Source: a virus
Virus record (IMG/VR): IMGVR_UViG_3300026255_000014
Coordinates: 1 to 37,708 of that record
DNA length: 37,708 nt
Reading direction: 5' to 3' (one strand)
Under the pieces are notes generated by a model that did no database searches, was not told the DNA's origin, and worked only from the letters and a program-made list of their open reading frames with translations. The translations under genes and the position numbers were made by a program. Below are positions 1 to 6,375 of this stretch, piece by piece. Position 1 is the stretch's first letter. The number at the start of each line of letters is the position of its first letter.

Positions 1-312
1 CCGTTTTGTGGGAGGACACCGAATCCAGACTGGACTGATGAGAGCTACATAGAGTGTACAAATCGTAAATGTTCTCTTTATGGTTATGGAATGAGTACAG
101 GCGACTGGAACACCCGCCCAATTGAGGATGACCTTCGCAAGCGCATTGCCGAGTTGGAGGCGCTTGTTAATGTGTCGGAAGGTCTTTACGAGCGTATCTA
201 TGAGCAAGCAGCCCGCATTGCCGAGCTGGAGGCGGAGATTGTCCAACTTACCGCTCACGATGCTACAGAGCGGCAAGATGATAAGTGGATACCGGAGGTG
301 CAGGATGTGTAA
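1..312 (+). CDS. Lar-like zinc-ribbon protein, 5' truncated by window edge; duplicate copy of 37306..37638
   Basis: ORF track 91..312 translation is identical to the C-terminal part of 37306..37638; the frame is open back to position 1. Confidence 0.5.
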   Translation, partial: PFCGRTPNPDWTDESYIECTNRKCSLYGYGMSTGDWNTRPIEDDLRKRIAELEALVNVSEGLYERIYEQAARIAELEAEIVQLTAHDATERQDDKWIPEVQDV

Positions 313-382
313 CTTTTTCAGTTTTGTAACAGACCCAGTGAATCACCCAGCGGAGTATTACTACTTCGACTGGGAATATCGC
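1..382. repeat. Terminal redundancy, left copy; identical to 37327..37708
   Basis: Direct comparison of the first and last 382 nt of the window shows identity; implies a unit genome of about 37,326 bp. Confidence 0.9.
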
Positions 383-1069
383 AAGGCGCACCTAAACGAC
401 GATGGAGTGGACAGCCATTCGCATATCTGTGCATACTACCTCCTCAACGAGGATAGATGTAACAAATATGAGTTCAATCCGCTGACTGGAAGATTTGATA
501 TTGACCAAATCAACTCGGAGCGTGATGATTCAAATGCTGCAGAAAAGTGGGCGAAACGGCAGGACTTCAAAGAGATTGTCGAGACACTTATTATCAAGCC
601 GATTGTCAAACCGTTTGAGTTGCCAAAGGTAGAACAAGTGACAGATGAACAAATTGGCTGGCTGAAGGAGTGGGCTTCGGTCAGGGATTTGGTCGGGGCT
701 TCGGTCTGGGCTTTGGTCGGGGATTCGGTCAGGGATTCGGTCTGGGCTTTGGTCGGGGTTTCGGTCAGGGATTTGGTCTTGGATTCGGTCAGGGATTTGG
801 TCGGGGCTTCGGTCTGGGCTTCGGTCAGGGCTTCGGTCAGGGATTTGGTCGGGGCTTCGGTCTGGGCTTCGGTCAGGGATTCGGTCTGGGCTTCGGTCTG
901 GGCATATATCAGCAGTTTTTTCGCCATCAACTACAAATACAACTTTTCGTCTGTAGCAAATCTTTGGAACGCAGGGCTTGTACCCTCATTTGACGGTGAG
1001 ACATGGCGGTTGCATAGCAGCGAGAATGCGGATGTGGTTTACGAGTGGACGCCGGAGGTGCAGGAATGA
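305..1069 (+). CDS. Hypothetical protein with internal tetrapeptide tandem-repeat array and C-terminal WTPEVQE tail
   Basis: Same frame as ORF 122..1069; likely start ATG 305 sits 5 nt after GGAGGTG and overlaps the upstream stop. Ends in the conserved junction CCGGAGGTGCAGGAATGA. Frame assignment through the repeat is ambiguous. Confidence 0.5.
   Translation: MCNFFSFVTDPVNHPAEYYYFDWEYRKAHLNDDGVDSHSHICAYYLLNEDRCNKYEFNPLTGRFDIDQINSERDDSNAAEKWAKRQDFKEIVETLIIKPIVKPFELPKVEQVTDEQIGWLKEWASVRDLVGASVWALVGDSVRDSVWALVGVSVRDLVLDSVRDLVGASVWASVRASVRDLVGASVWASVRDSVWASVWAYISSFFAINYKYNFSSVANLWNAGLVPSFDGETWRLHSSENADVVYEWTPEVQE
672..899. repeat. 19 tandem copies of a 12-bp unit GGGNTTYGGTCN
   Basis: Read directly from sequence. 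No stop codons in any forward frame, which is why ORFs 122..1069, 670..993 and antisense 436..930 all cross it. Confidence 0.9.
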
Positions 1070-1395
1070 ACACGCTTAAACCCTGCCCGTTTTGTGGGAG
1101 GACACCGAATCCAGACTGGACTGATGAGAGCTACATAGAGTGTACAAATCGTAAATGTTCTCTTTATGGTTATGGAATGAGTACAGGCGACTGGAACACC
1201 CGCCCAATTGAGGATGACCTTCGCAAGCGCATTGCCGAGTTGGAGGCGCTTGTTAATGTGTCGGAAGGTCTTTACGAGCGTATCTATGAGCAAGCAGCCC
1301 GCATTGCCGAGCTGGAGGCGGAGATTGTCCAACTTACCGCTGATAGCACAGACGAGCGGAAAGATGATAAATGGATACCGGAGGTGCAGGAATGA
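1066..1395 (+). CDS. Lar-family-like zinc-ribbon protein (putative restriction alleviation), paralog B
   Basis: N-terminus MNTLKPCPFCG...C..RKC is a CxxC/CxxC zinc ribbon resembling Lar family proteins, followed by a coiled coil. Near-identical to 37306..37638 except the last ~12 codons. ATG 1066 overlaps the upstream stop (ATGA). Confidence 0.6.
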   Translation: MNTLKPCPFCGRTPNPDWTDESYIECTNRKCSLYGYGMSTGDWNTRPIEDDLRKRIAELEALVNVSEGLYERIYEQAARIAELEAEIVQLTADSTDERKDDKWIPEVQE

Positions 1396-1670
1396 TACCC
1401 AAAATTTCCAAAATTGTTAGCTGTGTTTGCGGATGTCATTTGGTCAAATTTGAGAAATGGACGGACGATGAAGGTGCGTGGATGATGATCTATGAGAACT
1501 CTTTTTACTCGAAACAGGGTGGAAGAATCAGGTCATATCTGAAACGGCTATGGTCAGCAATTCGAGGAAAAGAATATTTGCTGATGGAAATCAGCATGTC
1601 AGACGAGGATACTGTTGGGCTAAGAAATGCACTAATCGAGGCTACAACACCGCCGGAGGAAATCCAATGA
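1392..1670 (+). CDS. Hypothetical small cysteine-containing protein
   Basis: ORF track 1371..1670 with internal ATG 1392 overlapping the upstream stop; contains CVCGC. Confidence 0.5.
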   Translation: MIPKISKIVSCVCGCHLVKFEKWTDDEGAWMMIYENSFYSKQGGRIRSYLKRLWSAIRGKEYLLMEISMSDEDTVGLRNALIEATTPPEEIQ

Positions 1671-2014
1671 ACCGGACATACGAGGAGTGGGTTGAGAAGG
1701 TGACGGACAGCAGCGCGGACATTGCGCTCGCGGACATGCTGGCGGACTGGCAGGCGGACATCATCCGGCGAATGAAGGCTGAGCACGCGCTGAATAAGCG
1801 CATTGCCGAGCTTGAGGCGGAAATTGACCAACTTACCGCTGATAGCACAGACGAGCGGAAAGATGATAAGTTACCTGAGCGGGAAGTGTGTGAAGCCTGT
1901 GGGGGCGATGGCACATTGCTTTTAGTAGACAACTATAAAGGGCAAGCAACTGCAACTGTGGATTGTCCGTATTGCAACGGCACTGGACGTGTAAACAAGG
2001 AGTGTGAGAAATGA
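1667..2014 (+). CDS. Hypothetical protein with coiled coil and DnaJ-type CxxCxGxG zinc finger
   Basis: Translation contains CEACGGDG and CPYCNGTG; the coiled-coil segment RIAELEAEIDQLTADSTDERKDDK is shared with the Lar paralog at 1066..1395. ATG 1667 overlaps the upstream stop. Confidence 0.55.
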   Translation: MNRTYEEWVEKVTDSSADIALADMLADWQADIIRRMKAEHALNKRIAELEAEIDQLTADSTDERKDDKLPEREVCEACGGDGTLLLVDNYKGQATATVDCPYCNGTGRVNKECEK

Positions 2015-2271
2015 GCGAACAAAAACATCCGGATGATATGACGCGTGAGGAGTTGATAACCCTCGTGTTTGCAATGAGCTGGGCGGCGTTGGATTTAGCA
2101 CAACACTTGGATTTTACAACAAAAATGCTGAAAGAAGAATATCGAAAAGAAGCTTACAAAAAAGCGACACGAATGGCATATGAACTTGTTTTTCTTTGGG
2201 AAGTAGAACCAGATGAGAATAAAAATTCGGGGATACTTATTTTTGGTGAAAATGGATTGGAGCACGGGTGA
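2011..2271 (+). CDS. Hypothetical protein
   Basis: ORF track; ATGA overlap with upstream gene. Confidence 0.5.
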   Translation: MSEQKHPDDMTREELITLVFAMSWAALDLAQHLDFTTKMLKEEYRKEAYKKATRMAYELVFLWEVEPDENKNSGILIFGENGLEHG

Positions 2272-2585
2272 GCAAGTCAGCGCTTGAAGCAGAGTTAGCC
2301 TTGCAGATCAAGGCGTTGGGCTTGCCAGAGCCGATTCGCGAATACCAGGCAATCAAGGGGCGCAAGTTCCGCTTTGACTTCGCTTGGCTTGAGCACAGGT
2401 TGCTGGTGGAAGTGAACGGCGGCACTTACACGAAGGGTGCTCACTCTACAGGTCGGGGCATTGCGCGAGACTACGAGAAGGCGAACCTGGCTACGCTTGA
2501 CGGCTGGCGCGTGCTGATGTTTGACGGCAAGGCGGTGAAGTCGGGTGTAGCGGTTGAAGTGATTAGACAGGCGTTGGAGGCGTGA
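2268..2585 (+). CDS. Putative PD-(D/E)xK-type endonuclease (DUF559/Vsr-like motif pattern)
   Basis: GTG start overlapping the upstream stop; pattern FRFDFAW...LLVEVNGG...H...RD...L...GW.VLMF recalled from DUF559-like nuclease domains. Confidence 0.45.
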   Translation: MSKSALEAELALQIKALGLPEPIREYQAIKGRKFRFDFAWLEHRLLVEVNGGTYTKGAHSTGRGIARDYEKANLATLDGWRVLMFDGKAVKSGVAVEVIRQALEA

Positions 2586-2586
2586 G

Positions 2587-2793
2587 ATGGGATTTTGGGA
2601 AGAGTTGTTTTATGTCATGAAAATAGGCACGGTGGTTACCGTGTGTGGGCTGTTGGCAAGTTTGCCGATAGCGTTTATAGTGCACCTCGCGATTGAAAGA
2701 GGGTCATGGTTGTTAGGTGTTCTGGCGTTCTTTGTACTTATAGCGATTGCGAGTATAGCGGTTGTTATCCAAGAACGGTTGGAGGCTGAATGA
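2587..2793 (+). CDS. Small membrane protein (two predicted TM helices)
   Basis: Hydrophobic segments VVTVCGLLASLPIAFIV and LLGVLAFFVLIAIASIAVV. Confidence 0.5.
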   Translation: MGFWEELFYVMKIGTVVTVCGLLASLPIAFIVHLAIERGSWLLGVLAFFVLIAIASIAVVIQERLEAE

Positions 2794-2993
2794 ACCTGAT
2801 TGATTTCCTAAGCGAAGAGGACGCGGAAAAGCGGATTGAGGTGCAAGAGCGAATTGACGATCTTAGTCGCATAGAGAGAGCGATGCTGCATTTGTGGGTG
2901 GAAGGGTACACCCAGGCAGAGATTGCGCACATGTTTGGTTACTCGCAAGCCAGAATAAGCCAAATACTCAATGCGATTTATAAAAGCTGCTGA
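2790..2993 (+). CDS. Putative HTH transcriptional regulator (sigma-70 region 4-like)
   Basis: C-terminal YTQAEIAHMFGYSQARISQIL resembles a sigma region 4 / LuxR-type helix-turn-helix. Confidence 0.45.
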   Translation: MNLIDFLSEEDAEKRIEVQERIDDLSRIERAMLHLWVEGYTQAEIAHMFGYSQARISQILNAIYKSC

Positions 2994-3021
2994 AAAGTGG
3001 CTGTAGTATATAGAGACCATT

Positions 3022-3225
3022 GTGGAAACTAAACGTTGTGTTTGTGGAAAAGTTATAACGAGCCAATTTGATCTTTGCAACAAGTGTCAAGCAGAATACG
3101 GGCTTGACCGTTCTAAGTGGGATGATTGGCTTATTTTCATGGTTGCCGACTTGAAGCGAGAGCGTCGCCAACAAGCAATCATTGACGAACGCGAAATCCC
3201 GTTTTCAGAATTAGGAATTTATTAA
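3022..3225 (+). CDS. Small zinc-ribbon protein
   Basis: GTG start; CVCG...CNKC motif. Confidence 0.45.
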   Translation: METKRCVCGKVITSQFDLCNKCQAEYGLDRSKWDDWLIFMVADLKRERRQQAIIDEREIPFSELGIY

Positions 3226-3238
3226 CTCGGAGGCTTGA

Positions 3239-3571
3239 ATGGAATTTGACGTAACACTTTTAGGAATCGTAATCGGAATGATGGTACTGGCTAACCGCTT
3301 GGTGGCAATGCTCATTACTCCGCTGTGGGATAAGTACGGCTGGGACAAATTCTGGCTGGCTTATCCGGCCTGGATTCTATCGGGCGTGTTCGTGTGGCTG
3401 ACTGAAGTCAACCTATTCGCCGCGTTTATCCCGAACGCGCTTATCGGTCAAATTCTGACTGCCATTGTTGCAGGGGGCGGGTCAAATTTGCTCCACGACC
3501 TAACTGACAAGCCATCCAATCTGATTGCCGTGTTTGATGCGCTTGAAGATTACGAGGACGCTAACGGATGA
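3239..3571 (+). CDS. Membrane protein, possible holin
   Basis: 110 aa with multiple hydrophobic helices and an acidic C-terminus; holin assignment is an inference from size and topology only. Confidence 0.4.
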   Translation: MEFDVTLLGIVIGMMVLANRLVAMLITPLWDKYGWDKFWLAYPAWILSGVFVWLTEVNLFAAFIPNALIGQILTAIVAGGGSNLLHDLTDKPSNLIAVFDALEDYEDANG

Positions 3572-3996
3572 GCGAGAACGTCTGGGTCGCAATCATAGCA
3601 GCGGTGCTGGGCGGAGGCGGCTTAGGCGCGGCTATTGTGAATGCGCTTGCTAACCGCAAGAAAATCCAGGCGGACTGTGTAGCAACGCTATCATCCGCAT
3701 ACGAAACGAGGATAAACGCTCTCAATAAGCGGGCGGATGAGTTGGCGGCGAAGGTGGACGTCTTAGAGGCGCAAGTCTGTGGCTTGCGTTCTGCATTGTC
3801 AGACAGGGAAGCAATGATTGTGAATTTGCAGCAGGAAAATGTTGATTTGCAGGCGCAAGTGGACAAGTTGAGCAAGGTGGTCAACAACAAGGATAAGCGT
3901 ATTCGGGAATTAGAGCGACAGGTCGCTGACCTGACCACGCGTCTTAATGCGATGAATGGTGGAAGCGGTGAGGCTTGGCTCGGTGGTACTGATTGA
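3568..3996 (+). CDS. Membrane-anchored coiled-coil protein
   Basis: N-terminal TM segment WVAIIAAVLGGGGLGAAIV followed by a long heptad-rich region. Confidence 0.5.
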   Translation: MSENVWVAIIAAVLGGGGLGAAIVNALANRKKIQADCVATLSSAYETRINALNKRADELAAKVDVLEAQVCGLRSALSDREAMIVNLQQENVDLQAQVDKLSKVVNNKDKRIRELERQVADLTTRLNAMNGGSGEAWLGGTD

Positions 3997-4059
3997 CTTC
4001 AAGGGCGGACGTGAGTGCCTGTGGACGTACTCTCGCTTACTTGAAAAGACGAGGATTAT

Positions 4060-4233
4060 TTGGAAACGATCAAATTTGATGCAGTAGTTTATAAATTACA
4101 GACATTGGCTGACGGTGGAATCAGAATCACGCTTGATATGAGCGAGACCTCGATTCCTCAAATGGCAATGTTAGCAGAAACCAAACGACAGGGTTTGGCT
4201 CTTTCGTTTGAAGCGAAGGCGAGCGGCAGTTAG
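4060..4233 (+). CDS. Possible small ORF (57 aa, TTG start)
   Basis: Hand translation of otherwise empty DNA between 3996 and 4237; no motif support. Confidence 0.2.
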   Translation: METIKFDAVVYKLQTLADGGIRITLDMSETSIPQMAMLAETKRQGLALSFEAKASGS

Positions 4234-4236
4234 TTT

Positions 4237-4584
4237 ATGGCTTATGCGCCAGCAAGACAATGTGTTGTGCCAGGATGTCCGAATCTTGTGACAGAGCCTG
4301 GTGTTAGCCGTTGTCCAGAACATCAAAAACAATACAAAAAAGAGTTGACAAGACCGCGTGATGTCAAATACACGAGTCAACGATGGCGCAAGACCTCGAA
4401 GGTGTTTTTGAGTCGCAATCCAATTTGTGAACGTTGTGGTGAGCCGAGTGAGATCGCACACCACATTATTCGTAAGCGTGATGACGGGGCAGACGACTTC
4501 GACAATCTGGAAGCACTTTGCCGAAAGTGTCATGAAGCCGAACATCATGCAAGCGGTGAAAGGTGGGGTAGGCGTGCGAGGTAG
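4237..4584 (+). CDS. HNH homing-type endonuclease
   Basis: CxxC...CxxC plus HH..RKRDDG...N...LC..CH arrangement typical of the HNH fold; canonical position just upstream of the terminase small subunit. Confidence 0.8.
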   Translation: MAYAPARQCVVPGCPNLVTEPGVSRCPEHQKQYKKELTRPRDVKYTSQRWRKTSKVFLSRNPICERCGEPSEIAHHIIRKRDDGADDFDNLEALCRKCHEAEHHASGERWGRRAR

Positions 4585-5071
4585 AACGCCATTGCCAGAT
4601 GCTTTGAAAGAAGCACAGGGAACGCTGAAGAAGAGCCGAGTAAATGACTCTCAGGCTCGTTTTGACGTACCTAAAGACTCACCGAAACCGCCGACAACGC
4701 TCAATCTCTATGGCAAGCGGTTGTGGAAAGAAATGCTGCCAAAGTTGGTTGAAACAGGTCTTTATACCGAAGGTGATCACCAGGCGTTTGAATTGCTTTG
4801 CATGGCTTATGGTGATCTGATTCAGGCACGCAAAGACCTTAAAGAGTCGGGTACGATTGTTATCACAGACAAGGGCACGGTTTATCAGCACCCTAACGTT
4901 GGGATCGCAAACCAGGCTTGGAATCGGGTGAAACTGATGTTGGGGCAGTTTGGGCTGACACCAGCAGAGCGGACACGAGTAAAAGCACGCTCACCCGAAG
5001 AGAAAAGGGGCAGTTTGGCAGAATCGTTGTTTGCTGCTGCACGTGAAAAGGTTGAGGGTGAGACTGAGTGA
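4574..5071 (+). CDS. terS: Terminase small subunit (P27-family-like)
   Basis: Motif GQFGLTPAERTRVKA and N-terminal RGRTPLP resemble P27-family TerS. Start uncertain: GTG 4574 follows an AGGTGGGG SD; ATG 4547 and 4532 are in-frame alternatives. Confidence 0.7.
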   Translation: MRGRTPLPDALKEAQGTLKKSRVNDSQARFDVPKDSPKPPTTLNLYGKRLWKEMLPKLVETGLYTEGDHQAFELLCMAYGDLIQARKDLKESGTIVITDKGTVYQHPNVGIANQAWNRVKLMLGQFGLTPAERTRVKARSPEEKRGSLAESLFAAAREKVEGETE

Positions 5072-6375
5072 GTGCAAATCTGTATTTAGGTGACTGTCTG
5101 GAAGTCTTATCAACGCTTGAAGCGGATAGCATTGACACCTGCATCACTGACCCGCCTTACGAGTTAGGTTTCATGGGTAAGAAGTGGGATTCAAGCGGCA
5201 TTGCGTTCCAGCCTGAAACTTGGCAAGCCGTATTCAGGGTGCTGAAACCAGGTGCAATTCTGCTTGCCTTCGGCGGCACTCGCACCTATCACCGCATTGC
5301 TTGCGCTATTGAGGACGCTGGCTTTGAAATCCGTGACACTATCGCTTGGGTATACGGGAGCGGATTCCCTAAAAGTTACGACATAAGTAAGGGAATTGAC
5401 AAACAAGCTGGAGCTGAAAGGGAAATAGTAGGCTACAAGGAAACATCAACTTATCCAGATAGCGATGGTGTTGCTCATTACAAAAACAGGCAACAAAGCA
5501 ATGGTTCTCAAGTCAATACAGGAGGTATGCCAGAAATCACCGCGCCCTCCACCCCCGAAGCGCAACTCTGGGATGGCTGGGGCACGGCGTTGAAGCCTGC
5601 CTTTGAGCCGATAGTTGTTGCGATGAAGCCGATTGACGGCACGTTTGTCAACAACGCGCTCACTTGGGGCGTGGCTGGCTTGTGGATTGACGGGGGTAGG
5701 GTGGGGACGTCAAAAAACGTTCCTGCATCACCAAGCGATAAAGGCACTCTGCAATGTAAAGGTTTGGGCGGTGGATGGGATAGAAGCGGAATGAATCCGA
5801 ACATTGGTCGCTTCCCTGCCAACTTGATTCACGACGGCTCGGATGAGGTGGTGAGTGGGTTTCCGAATACTACGAGCGGCAAGGTTGCGGCTGGAACTAT
5901 GCGAGGCTTGAAAAGCAATCACAATGTGGCATACGCAGACATCGCCGCCGGAACTGAATTGACTGGCTACGGCGACTCTGGCTCAGCCGCGCGCTTTTTC
6001 TACTGTGCGAAAGCCAGCCGAAGCGAGCGCAACGCTGGGCTGGAGGGGATGGAAGAAAAGGTCGGCGGTGGAATGAAGGGCACGGAAGACCAAACGCTTT
6101 TGACTGGCTCTGGAAACATCCGCAACAATAAAATGCAAAACCACCATCCCACCGTCAAGCCAATCGAACTGATGCGCTACCTTGTTCGGCTTACCAAAAC
6201 GCCAACAGGCGGGGTGGTACTTGACCCGTTCATGGGGTCTGGCACGACTGGCATTGCTTGCGTGTTGGAAGGACGCGAGTTTATCGGAATTGAGCGGGAA
6301 GCGGAGTATGTCGAGATTGCAGAAAAGCGGATTGCGCATTACAGGTTGCCGATATTGGAAGAAGTGATCGAGTGA
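5068..6375 (+). CDS. DNA methyltransferase (N6-adenine/N4-cytosine, beta-class order)
   Basis: N-terminal DPPY (ITDPPYELGF) and C-terminal AdoMet motif LDPFMGSGTTGIA. Confidence 0.85.
   Translation: MSANLYLGDCLEVLSTLEADSIDTCITDPPYELGFMGKKWDSSGIAFQPETWQAVFRVLKPGAILLAFGGTRTYHRIACAIEDAGFEIRDTIAWVYGSGFPKSYDISKGIDKQAGAEREIVGYKETSTYPDSDGVAHYKNRQQSNGSQVNTGGMPEITAPSTPEAQLWDGWGTALKPAFEPIVVAMKPIDGTFVNNALTWGVAGLWIDGGRVGTSKNVPASPSDKGTLQCKGLGGGWDRSGMNPNIGRFPANLIHDGSDEVVSGFPNTTSGKVAAGTMRGLKSNHNVAYADIAAGTELTGYGDSGSAARFFYCAKASRSERNAGLEGMEEKVGGGMKGTEDQTLLTGSGNIRNNKMQNHHPTVKPIELMRYLVRLTKTPTGGVVLDPFMGSGTTGIACVLEGREFIGIEREAEYVEIAEKRIAHYRLPILEEVIE

Noticed and set aside
122-304. Upstream extension of the repeat-protein ORF to position 122
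   Set aside because: That stretch overlaps the Lar-like gene out of frame; ATG 305 with a correctly spaced SD is the more plausible start.
436-930. Antisense ORF (164 aa) and alternative sense ORF 670..993 across the 12-bp repeat
   Set aside because: Both exist only because the repeat lacks stops in those frames; the flanking context (SD, overlapping start, PEVQE junction) supports 305..1069. The choice remains uncertain.
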